Below, piece by piece: positions 8,296 through 15,468 of a stretch of DNA of 26,058 nt (positions are counted from its first letter, which is position 1; every line of letters begins with the position of its first letter). The DNA is from a virus (taxonomy: Duplodnaviria > Caudoviricetes). Below the pieces are notes generated by a model that worked only from the letters and a program-made list of their open reading frames with translations, was not told the origin of the DNA and did no database searches. The position numbers and the translations under genes were made by a program. The stretch is taken from positions 1 through 26,058 of the IMG/VR virus record IMGVR_UViG_3300049846_002553; one strand, 5' to 3'.

Positions 8296-9632
8296 AAGCT
8301 TCTCACCCTTGGGTTAAATGTTGAGAGGTTGTTAAAATACTCAGCCATCTGGCTGGTGGTGTCAACTTGGTCATCATGTGCGGTTGCCGGGAATTGCTCG
8401 TGCTCGACGAGAAAGTCACTAAGCCACGGCGCGTTTCTTGGGAGATAACAATTCCCTGAGCGCACCAAGGGAGTCGCAGCGATTGCGCGAGATTCTTTGT
8501 CACGCTGTTGAGGATCGTAAGGAATAATCGGCAACGTGGTCGACCTGCGCGCGTACTGAATAACGGAAGATCCACTGGACTTGTCCTCGATGCTGATAGC
8601 GTGAGGTCGCCATTTGTTGAATTGCTGGATGAGGGCTTGTTCGATGTCGGGAGCTTCGAGTTTGCGGCGGAATATGTCCAGCAGGTAGAGGCCTGACATT
8701 GTTTTTCCCCAGGTGGCACAAACGGTCCAGTCGTTGGAGAGTCCGGGTTTTTGGGCCGTGTCCCAGAACTGTGCAATGTGAATGAAGTTCTTCGGGATTT
8801 CATCGTAATACTTCCACCACTCGCGCTTGAATATTTCACCGCCTTGTTTTGTTGGCCTTTGTTGGTAGAGCGATAGCCAGTGCTGATCAGGAATACCTTC
8901 TTTAATTTTTGTCAGAGCCTCGACGTCGTAGCGTTCAACACAAAGAGCTTGCCCTTCAACTCTTCCGAGCGGGTCGTTCTCTTCAGCTAGACCTGGAAGC
9001 GAAATCTGTTTCCAGTCATCATTATGCTCATTGATCAAGTATCCAGCCAAGTCGTCATGGTGCCACCTGGTCATAAGTAGGATAATGGTCGCGCCCGGTT
9101 CTTGCCTGGTGTAGAAAGTTGTGTCGAACCAATCGCGAATTCTTTGTCGATAAAGTGTTGATGAAGCCTCTTCCCAGTTCTTGATCGGGTCATCGCAGAT
9201 CAACAAGTGACCACCGCGGCCCGTGATCGAACCACCAACACCAGCCGTAATCATAGTTCCACCGAAAGTAGTTTCGAATCGATTTGCAGCCGCGGAATCT
9301 GGATTCAGTTTGGCAATTGTATGCTCGTTTGTTTCAAAATGGTTCCGCACCCATCGACCGAACCCGCTGGCGAGCTCGTCCCCGTAAGAGGTCAGGATAA
9401 TATTTTTCTTTGGGAACGTATCCAAGTACCAAGCCGGAACCCACTTTGAAATGAATTCGCTCTTCCCGTGCCGTGGGGGCATGGTGACGATGTATCGACC
9501 GCCGCCATTGATAATTCCCGGGGTGATTTGTCGTGAGAGGTATTTAAGATGAGCATATGACTTCCATTGCTGTCGGCTCGCCACCTTTGCATATGAGTGT
9601 GGAAACCAGCGCAGCATGTCCTTGTCGATCAT
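8292..9632 (-). CDS. terL: Terminase large subunit
   Basis: Walker A MPPRHGKSE, GGSITGRGG, Walker B LLICDDP, MTRWHHDD, LYQQRP, nuclease-domain WDTA and HDDQVD. Confidence 0.95.
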   Translation of the reverse strand: MIDKDMLRWFPHSYAKVASRQQWKSYAHLKYLSRQITPGIINGGGRYIVTMPPRHGKSEFISKWVPAWYLDTFPKKNIILTSYGDELASGFGRWVRNHFETNEHTIAKLNPDSAAANRFETTFGGTMITAGVGGSITGRGGHLLICDDPIKNWEEASSTLYRQRIRDWFDTTFYTRQEPGATIILLMTRWHHDDLAGYLINEHNDDWKQISLPGLAEENDPLGRVEGQALCVERYDVEALTKIKEGIPDQHWLSLYQQRPTKQGGEIFKREWWKYYDEIPKNFIHIAQFWDTAQKPGLSNDWTVCATWGKTMSGLYLLDIFRRKLEAPDIEQALIQQFNKWRPHAISIEDKSSGSSVIQYARRSTTLPIIPYDPQQRDKESRAIAATPLVRSGNCYLPRNAPWLSDFLVEHEQFPATAHDDQVDTTSQMAEYFNNLSTFNPRVRSL

Positions 9633-10132
9633 TCGTCGCTCAATTTCTCCGCTATGATCATGGCAGCTTCAGCGAGAGCCGGATCTTTCATGATTTCTTT
9701 CAGGACTTCACTTGTACGATTCGCCTTGTCGACCGCTTGACCTGAATCGATCTCGATCTTGTCTCGGTAAAGTCTTGGGTATCGATTCTTCATCGTAAAG
9801 ATGTGGAATGTTTGTGCAAATGTCGCGGCCTCATGGAAGACAGTCTCCTTCACGGTGCCGTCCTCGTTGTGGATTTTCTCCACCCGCGCGACACGTTTGA
9901 GCTGCCCTGCTGTGCCAGCTTTCGCCAAATCCTCGTCGAATTTCAGCAACTTAGCCATTCCGATCTTTTTGGCTTCGGAAAACTCTTCGTGAACTTTCGT
10001 CCATTCCGACAAAGTGTCCATGCAAACATCAACCGAGGCGGCAAAACTCCAAAAGCTGGATCCACCCGCCATGTGCTTAATGAGAGCTTCACAAAACTCA
10101 GGTTTGTATTTTGAAGGTCTTCCTGTAACCAT
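9629..10132 (-). CDS. terS: Terminase small subunit
   Basis: N-terminal GRPSKYKPEFCE plus HTH-like segment; GAGGTG SD; ATGA-coupled to terL. Confidence 0.8.
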   Translation of the reverse strand: MVTGRPSKYKPEFCEALIKHMAGGSSFWSFAASVDVCMDTLSEWTKVHEEFSEAKKIGMAKLLKFDEDLAKAGTAGQLKRVARVEKIHNEDGTVKETVFHEAATFAQTFHIFTMKNRYPRLYRDKIEIDSGQAVDKANRTSEVLKEIMKDPALAEAAMIIAEKLSDE

Positions 10133-10166
10133 GCTATTTTCACCTCTAAGTATATGAAATAAAAGC

Positions 10167-10295
10167 GGGAAGTTGGATTTGGCGTTTCGTTTTTAGCCGC
10201 GTAGAGCTACGAGTATTTATTTAAGAATCGCGCCCGATCCACATTTAAAACGGCTGCAAACTCTCTTCAAGCGCCGTTACCAAATCCAACCCCCC
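10167..10295 (-). ncRNA. Candidate ~130-nt structured RNA upstream of terS
   Basis: 16-bp closing stem with G-U pairs that form only on the minus strand, enclosing nested internal stems; no family recognised. Confidence 0.45.
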
Positions 10296-10373
10296 AGTTA
10301 CCAGTGGTATAACATGAGAAAAAACCTTGCAAGAATTCATTACAATCTGGATTTATGGACTGAGTGCAACTAC

Positions 10374-10411
10374 AAAAAAGGCCCGATGAGAAATATGCAA
10401 ATCATCGGGCC
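10374..10411 (-). terminator. Intrinsic terminator after recT
   Basis: Perfect 10-bp inverted repeat GGCCCGATGA/TCATCGGGCC followed by T6 on the minus strand. Confidence 0.75.
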
Positions 10412-10414
10412 CCA

Positions 10415-10440
10415 AAAACCTACCCTTAAAACCTACCCTT
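10415..10440. repeat. 13-bp tandem direct repeat (AAAACCTACCCTT x2)
   Basis: Exact duplication at 10415-10427 and 10428-10440. Confidence 0.8.
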
Positions 10441-10484
10441 AATAGAACAATGCCCCATTGGGTCGCTTCAAATCAAATAAAATT

Positions 10485-11216
10485 CTACTGCTGGACCTGA
10501 GGCTGCTCGGAGAACAATCCATTGAGCTCCTCGGCGGCGTCGTTTTTCTGCTCACCATGAAAGGTAACGTCCCGCGACTCAGGACCTTCCGGCAGGTAAT
10601 TATTGTCATACTCAGCGATGGCGATACCAGCCAAGGCGTCGGCAAAGGCTGTCTTGAGCGCCGTAGATCGGGCCCTGCGCGTGAGCATGATCTTCGGGTA
10701 AGTATCCCAAGGCGTCGTCTTCTGTCTGCTTAATAATCCGGCAGTTTTGGCATCATCCAAGCTGAAGAAGGCTTCCACCATCGGTTGACCTTTACGTTTG
10801 ATTTGGCAAACTGCGGCCCACGCCTGAGCGTTGAGGTTCTTGTTCGCGAAGCAAATGCGATTATATTCCTTATCAATAAGGAACTCTTCGATGCTTTCCA
10901 GCTCTTTCGTCTGACGGGCCAGCGCCAGCGGCAATTCTCCCCAAATACTCGGCGAGTTGTTCACCATGGCGATATTCCTCAGACCTGAGAAAGGTCTCAA
11001 TCCCAACTCAATGGCAAACTCCATGGCTGCGAAAGTCTGTTGTGGTGACTCGTAACCCTTCGGGACCATCTTAGAATCGAACAGCGCCTTGGCCATTCGG
11101 AATCTTCCCTCGATGTCTTTGGCTTGCAAGTAACCTGACTCGCTCACCTCAACAACGGCGGCTGCCCTTGTGGCGACCGCTTTAGTTTCTGTCTTCGTTT
11201 CTTCTGTGCTCATCAC
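10485..11216 (-). CDS. recT: RecT-like single-strand annealing protein
   Basis: GLRPFSGLRNIAMVN..PSIWG, FSLDDAKTAGL, PWDTYPKIMLxxRA, AFADALAGI; AGGAGG SD. Confidence 0.8.
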   Translation of the reverse strand: MMSTEETKTETKAVATRAAAVVEVSESGYLQAKDIEGRFRMAKALFDSKMVPKGYESPQQTFAAMEFAIELGLRPFSGLRNIAMVNNSPSIWGELPLALARQTKELESIEEFLIDKEYNRICFANKNLNAQAWAAVCQIKRKGQPMVEAFFSLDDAKTAGLLSRQKTTPWDTYPKIMLTRRARSTALKTAFADALAGIAIAEYDNNYLPEGPESRDVTFHGEQKNDAAEELNGLFSEQPQVQQ

Positions 11217-11245
11217 TACCTCCTGTCGTAGTTTTTTATAATTAG

Positions 11246-11389
11246 CTACTCTTCATCACTCACTTCGCACTTATGCTCTTCAAACATTTTTAACATCGTG
11301 TATGTTAGATCATTCGTTACACGAAGCCAGTTGATAACACAACAACAGTCAGAAACTAACTTTGTTGAAAACTCAATTACATTGCTCAT
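11246..11389 (-). CDS. Small hypothetical protein (47 aa)
   Basis: Not in the track. MSNVIEFSTKLVSDCCCVINWLRV...EVSDEE; ATGA-coupled to the upstream gene. Confidence 0.55.
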   Translation of the reverse strand: MSNVIEFSTKLVSDCCCVINWLRVTNDLTYTMLKMFEEHKCEVSDEE

Positions 11390-11682
11390 TTTTTCCTTCC
11401 CAACTGAGCCGCCTTCGAGAATGGATTGAATCCAGTGATGGGCTCTTTCATGTTCTTAGTTTTGTGATTGAGTTTTACCACTGGCGACGGCTGAAAGCCA
11501 ATCTTTCGACCTTCCGATTTCGCAGCGTCAATCTCAGCGTGTATATTTTTCCGCTCCTCGATCTCTTTCACTCTTTGAGCGCGTTTTTTGTTTGCTCGCT
11601 TCTCAAGTATCGCCTTATTTTCAAGGATAACTTTCCGCTGCTTCTCTTTGAACTTCTCTGTCTTTGTCACAGTTCCTCCCAT
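11386..11682 (-). CDS. Hypothetical basic protein
   Basis: Lys/Arg-rich 98-aa ORF in the coupled gene chain; true start may be the GTG a few codons in. Confidence 0.6.
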   Translation of the reverse strand: MGGTVTKTEKFKEKQRKVILENKAILEKRANKKRAQRVKEIEERKNIHAEIDAAKSEGRKIGFQPSPVVKLNHKTKNMKEPITGFNPFSKAAQLGRKK

Positions 11683-11870
11683 GTTCCGTATTTAAGTTTT
11701 TTCCCGCAATGTATGCATTGGCAATAGTCATTCGCTCCGTCGATCTTTATGGCAATGTGAAAGCAGGTCTCGTTCAATAATTTGTCGATACGCTTTTCTA
11801 ACTCACTCAATGGGCCAATCATCGCGGCCTCCATGATCTTAGCTCTAAGGATTCTTTTTGATGGCGTCAT
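11667..11870 (-). CDS. Small protein with possible Cys/His metal site
   Basis: CFH...CQCIHCG; GTGA/ATGA-type coupling to the upstream gene. Confidence 0.6.
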   Translation of the reverse strand: MTPSKRILRAKIMEAAMIGPLSELEKRIDKLLNETCFHIAIKIDGANDYCQCIHCGKKLKYGTWEEL

Positions 11871-12493
11871 TCACGTCTTCTTTTCCGCCACTCCTCGAAC
11901 TCCGCGAGTGTTGGGTTTGAATTCACCATTTGCTTCCATTCGGGAAAAAGATGAGCTTCGGCTTTATATAATTCAATTTTTTCCGGAAAATTCAGAACTG
12001 CGAATTCGCCGTGATGTTGTGAGGCCAATCTATCATACGCTTCAGCTGCAATTTCTTTCGATGGAAAGCTGCCTATATTGACATTTTTCCCACTTAATCT
12101 AATCGAAGCTGTCCATCGATTTGTGCAACCTGATGCCGTTTTTACCCCGCGAAATCCAGTTCTGTTCTTGTAGATTCGATTGACCGCATTTCCGACGTGA
12201 TCGCACAATCTCAAATTGCTTCTTCTGTTGTCCAAAGTGTTTCTATTAATGTGGTCGATTTGCTTTCCGCTAAATCCCATAACTAGCCTGTGGAAGAAAA
12301 TTATCATCCTGTCTCTTTTTCCATAAATTATTCTGGCCATGACGTAAAATCCATATTTGCCTTTGTTTTGATAGAGACGCCAATTGATTATTTTCGTCAT
12401 CGGTTCAAACTCTTTGTCGATCAAAACCGTCTGTCCATCAAGATGCCATTCGTAAACTTCGCCAGAAGCGCACCACTCTTTACTTTTCCCCAT
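11867..12493 (-). CDS. HNH-AP2 homing-type endonuclease
   Basis: FHRLVM, IDHINRNTLDNRRSNLR (HNH) followed by GFRGV..WTASI..IGSF..KEIAAEAYD..HGEFAVLNF (AP2). Likely start is ATG 12493 (AAGGA SD). Confidence 0.88.
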   Translation of the reverse strand: MGKSKEWCASGEVYEWHLDGQTVLIDKEFEPMTKIINWRLYQNKGKYGFYVMARIIYGKRDRMIIFFHRLVMGFSGKQIDHINRNTLDNRRSNLRLCDHVGNAVNRIYKNRTGFRGVKTASGCTNRWTASIRLSGKNVNIGSFPSKEIAAEAYDRLASQHHGEFAVLNFPEKIELYKAEAHLFPEWKQMVNSNPTLAEFEEWRKRRRE

Positions 12494-12680
12494 GCGGTTC
12501 CTTTGTCTTTTTCTTTTTGCTCCTAGTCGGCGCGCAGTTGTCACATATATGAACATCAAGCTCGTCGTTGTTTTGCATCAGTGTGAACCAACCGCTTTCC
12601 GGAGCTACCCAGTGCTCGCCGTTATAATGGGCACTTTCGGTGCGCTCGCATACATCACACATTATTTCGTGCTTAATCAC
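12480..12680 (-). CDS. Small zinc-ribbon protein
   Basis: CDVC...HICDNC; GAGGGG SD. Confidence 0.65.
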   Translation of the reverse strand: MIKHEIMCDVCERTESAHYNGEHWVAPESGWFTLMQNNDELDVHICDNCAPTRSKKKKTKEPHGEK

Positions 12681-12904
12681 TTCCCCTCCTTCAGGATGGC
12701 GTCGAGTTCGGCGTTGTCATCAACAATGAGCTCCTGAACTCCGGCAATAATGGCGTTTCTGTTCCGTTGCGAAGCGCAGCACTCGAGTGCCTTCACCAGC
12801 CGCTCAATCGCCTCAGCCAGTTCTAACAGTAACTGTACTCCTGGGCCGTATCTTCGTTTCACACTCTCCCTCGCTTCGGCTGCGAGTTTTAAGGGGTTGG
12901 TCAT
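12677..12904 (-). CDS. Hypothetical protein
   Basis: Track ORF 12677..12946; likely start is ATG 12904 (MTNPLK, GGAGG SD, ATGA coupling). Confidence 0.65.
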   Translation of the reverse strand: MTNPLKLAAEARESVKRRYGPGVQLLLELAEAIERLVKALECCASQRNRNAIIAGVQELIVDDNAELDAILKEGK

Positions 12905-13134
12905 GGCTTTACCTCCGAAGAAAGGCCCGTTCTTTCGAGAACCCAAATTAATATTGCCTTGGTTGATTTTCCATAGAAAGGAACTTTCTCTTTCTCAATA
13001 TCTGATTTAATCTCGAGCCTAGCAGTTTCGAAACCCTGCTTGAATCCACAGTAGAACGAAGGGTCTTCATGGGCAGATTGCCGTTCATATTGCCTGGCCC
13101 TCTTAATCGCAAGCATTTCTATTTTTGTACTCAC
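12901..13134 (-). CDS. Hypothetical protein
   Basis: 77 aa; overlapping start/stop with both neighbours. Confidence 0.6.
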   Translation of the reverse strand: MSTKIEMLAIKRARQYERQSAHEDPSFYCGFKQGFETARLEIKSDIEKEKVPFYGKSTKAILIWVLERTGLSSEVKP

Positions 13135-13634
13135 CCATCCCCCTTTTCGCCGAGCGCTTGGCGAGCTAAAGTGCCGCCGTCTTTCATAACGACATGAGCG
13201 CCAAATTCAACTACATCGTCAGACACTTCAGTTGTAGACAACTCGTAATTCCTTTGAGACCCATAAAACTTCAATGCCTCCCTCAGCCTCTCAATCTCGG
13301 CGTCTTTGGCGGAGAGGGTTGCGTTTCTCTGGGTTTCCACGGCCATGATTTTCTTCTCAATGATCTCGACATCCAGCTTCGCTTCATCCCTCTCCAGTTG
13401 AAGTTTTTCGATGGTAGCGGAATCGCGGGAGTGTTGCCAGCGGGCGCCCTCGATGAAGCTGTAATTATCTATAAAAAAATCTATGTCGTGACAGTGTTCT
13501 GTCTCGTCTAATCGATAGGATTCCTGTCTCGCAGCTTCCTCATCAAACTCCGCCTTGGCGCCGCTGGGTGGGGTAGAATCTGCAGTGGCGATGATTGTCG
13601 GCTGTTCGTCTGGATATTTTGATACTCTTTTCAC
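13131..13634 (-). CDS. Hypothetical phage accessory coiled-coil protein
   Basis: FIEGARWQ and EIERLREALKFY..ARQAL patterns common in phage early accessory proteins; GGGGAG SD. Confidence 0.7.
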   Translation of the reverse strand: MKRVSKYPDEQPTIIATADSTPPSGAKAEFDEEAARQESYRLDETEHCHDIDFFIDNYSFIEGARWQHSRDSATIEKLQLERDEAKLDVEIIEKKIMAVETQRNATLSAKDAEIERLREALKFYGSQRNYELSTTEVSDDVVEFGAHVVMKDGGTLARQALGEKGDG

Positions 13635-13665
13635 TTTATCTCCCCCAGGAAAATGGTTTCGGCGT

Positions 13666-13850
13666 TCATGGAACTTCCTCCTGATGTGACTTCAATCCAA
13701 ACCCATGCGATTGCCAATGGTGTTTGTTAAAATAGTCGCCGATGATTCTCTGCACTTCATCAAGCATTCGATAAGCCTCTGGATGGGACTCTTTCAGATC
13801 AGGAAGTCTCTCTCCGATGTAATCTGAAATAGCCACTAGATCCTGTCCAG
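13666..13850 (-). pseudogene. Probable C-terminal remnant of a gene, joined out of frame to the RAMP-like fragment
   Basis: Protein-like stretch AGQDLVAISDYIGERLPDLKESHPEAYRMLDEVQRIIGDYF...EEVP* with no convincing start of its own. Confidence 0.45.
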
Positions 13851-14038
13851 CTTGTAGGAATACAATAACGATCACCGTTTCGGTAAGCGTACTTTTCAGC
13901 AATTTCTCTTGGTGATAATTCTTCTTTGTCCGTCTTTTTCTTGCTCTTAGTGCCGAGAAGTCCATGCAACTCCTCTTCGGTCATTCTGTGATGAAGTAGC
14001 GGTGTCATTCCCTTTACTTCTATTTCAAATCTTTTCAT
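13799..14038 (-). pseudogene. Truncated RAMP/Cas7-like (Vipr-like) gene
   Basis: ATG 14038 with GGAGG SD; MKRFEIEVKGMTPLLHHR...SPREIAEKYAYRNGDRYCIPTS. TPLLxH and YxIPxS resemble RAMP beta-1 and IPGSS motifs. Resemblance ends at aa 63; no C-terminal Gly-rich loop. Confidence 0.55.
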
Positions 14039-14054
14039 TAAACCTCCCATATGT

Positions 14055-14127
14055 TAACTGCACTATACTTCACCATACCCCACATCGCTCCACTCTATAC
14101 TTAACCCCTGCCACTGCGGGCGGGTTA
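14055..14127 (-). ncRNA. Candidate guide-like RNA: 5' hairpin plus phased RGY-NN pentamer tract
   Basis: Minus strand GGTta AGTat (ag) AGTgg AGCga TGTgg GGTat GGTga AGTat AGTgc AGTta; hairpin TAACCC-GCC-cgcagt-GGC-ag-GGGTTA at 14102-14127. Confidence 0.55.
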
Positions 14128-14129
14128 GA

Positions 14130-14597
14130 TTAACGTGTCGGCGCACCTAAAAGCGGTGGCATCTTTTTGCTTTCGTAAGCGCCTTGAATTTGTGGAACCA
14201 TCCAAGCTCCTACGGTTTCACCGCTCGGTAAAACAATATGAGCCATGAATTCCTCTTCGAAAGAAGTGATCTCACTCTCCACAGCTTCAAGTTTTGCCTT
14301 GATCGCCAAGGCTAAAGCCCTCCACCGCTGGCGGCAAGCTTGCTCCCAGTGCTTAGCTGCATCTTCGGGACTTCTTCGAGCGCCTCTGGATTCCGTGTGA
14401 GTAAATTCCTTCAGATTTTTATCCGGCAAAGGAAGAGTGAATTTGATTCGACGACTCTTCATCTCAAATGCCACGACACAATTGGCGCCTTGCCACCCAT
14501 AAATGAATCCCGTAGCTCCGTAACGGCTGAGAGTCCGTTCAATTTCCTGCCGGCTCCTCTCAGACGTGACTGCAGTCTTTTCGGCATACCTACTCAT
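14130..14597 (-). CDS. Conserved phage hypothetical protein
   Basis: YAEKTxV..RSRQEIERTL..YGA ... WRALALAIKAKLEAVES.ITSFEEEF.AHIVLP.G.TV, a pattern I recognise from phage accessory regions. Confidence 0.85.
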   Translation of the reverse strand: MSRYAEKTAVTSERSRQEIERTLSRYGATGFIYGWQGANCVVAFEMKSRRIKFTLPLPDKNLKEFTHTESRGARRSPEDAAKHWEQACRQRWRALALAIKAKLEAVESEITSFEEEFMAHIVLPSGETVGAWMVPQIQGAYESKKMPPLLGAPTR

Positions 14598-14698
14598 AAC
14601 TCTCCCCCCTCATACCCATGAAAATCCCGGGGCTCATCCGGCCTCGTGAGCCATCCGACGAATAGGCCGCCTAGAATGAATGCGAGAAGGTGGGTCAT
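14594..14698 (-). CDS. 34-aa single-TM micropeptide
   Basis: Not in the track. [34 protein letters not shown]; ATGA overlaps at both ends fill the gap exactly. Confidence 0.7.
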   Translation of the reverse strand: MTHLLAFILGGLFVGWLTRPDEPRDFHGYEGGEL

Positions 14699-15438
14699 GG
14701 GAATAACTCCGGATTCTCAGCACTAGAGATCAAACGATATTTCGGAATCGCAATCTCATTGGCCTTCATGAACTCCTCTAGCCACTCTTTCGTGATGGCC
14801 GATACGGCGTTACTCTCTGGCGTGTCGCCCTGTCTGATTGCCATGAACCAAACCTCAGTCGGGCTATCAGAGTCCGGCTCAAGTCCATTAGAAAGATGCT
14901 CGTAGTTTTCTTTTCGAATGTTGGCGACGGTGCCGACGAAGCAAGCGCATTCGCCAGAATAAGAAGTCCCGTGAATCTTTCCTCGCATCAAGTAGTCATA
15001 CAGGCCTGCGGCTTCGGCTTTTGCGAACTCCAGTCTCTTAAAGAAGTCGTCCTTGATTGACTGTAAGTTCGCGCCTTGAAGGTCTGCGCCTCGAAGGTCT
15101 GCGCCTTGAAGGTCTGCGCCTCGAAGGTCTGCGCCTTGAAGGTATGCGCCTCGAAGGTATGCGCCTTGAAGGTCTGCGCCTCGAAGGTCTGCGCCTCGAA
15201 GGTATGCGCCTCGAAGGTCTGCGCCTCGAAGGTCTGCGCCTTGAAGGTCTGCGCCTCGAAGGTATGCGCCTCGAAGGTATGCGCCTCGAAGGTATGCGCC
15301 TCGAAGGTATGCGCCTCGAAGGTCTGCGCCTCGAAGGTCTGCGCCTTGAAGGTCTGCGCGTTGACCGCCTTCCTCACTTCGTGACCACTTCCTATGTTTC
15401 TCTAAAATATCTTTTAATTCTTCTGCGCCTAGTCCCAT
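14695..15438 (-). CDS. Pentapeptide-repeat protein
   Basis: [12 protein letters not shown]-cap, 19 A[DY]L[RQ]G repeats plus ANLQS, C-terminal domain with [14 protein letters not shown]; AAGGAG SD. Confidence 0.92.
   Translation of the reverse strand: MGLGAEELKDILEKHRKWSRSEEGGQRADLQGADLRGADLRGAYLRGAYLRGAYLRGAYLRGADLQGADLRGADLRGAYLRGADLRGADLQGAYLRGAYLQGADLRGADLQGADLRGADLQGANLQSIKDDFFKRLEFAKAEAAGLYDYLMRGKIHGTSYSGECACFVGTVANIRKENYEHLSNGLEPDSDSPTEVWFMAIRQGDTPESNAVSAITKEWLEEFMKANEIAIPKYRLISSAENPELFP
15073..15357. repeat. 15-bp tandem repeat x19 (coding)
   Basis: Minus-strand unit GCA-[G/T]AC-CTT-C[G/A]A-GGC; only two positions vary. Confidence 0.95.
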
Positions 15439-15468
15439 TCTCTCACTCCTTGCCCGGGGCGGGGGAAA

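Noticed and set aside
6142-10114. Many antisense or alternative-frame ORFs over portal, terL and terS (e.g. 8303..8839)
   Set aside because: They overlap well-supported genes and show no motifs or start signals.
10167-10295. tRNA or MITE
   Set aside because: No cloverleaf, T-loop or CCA, and no target-site duplication; G-U asymmetry points to another kind of RNA structure.
10304-10332. Sigma70 promoter for terS (TTGCAA...)
   Set aside because: The -10 at 17-bp spacing is TACCAC, too poor a match to call.
14055-14127. Pentamer tract as a mini-CRISPR or simple microsatellite
   Set aside because: No long repeat-spacer units, and the units are not identical (constant triplet, variable dinucleotide).
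15073-15357. Possible CRISPR array
   Set aside because: Head-to-tail 15-bp units with no unique spacers, in frame in a pentapeptide-repeat gene.
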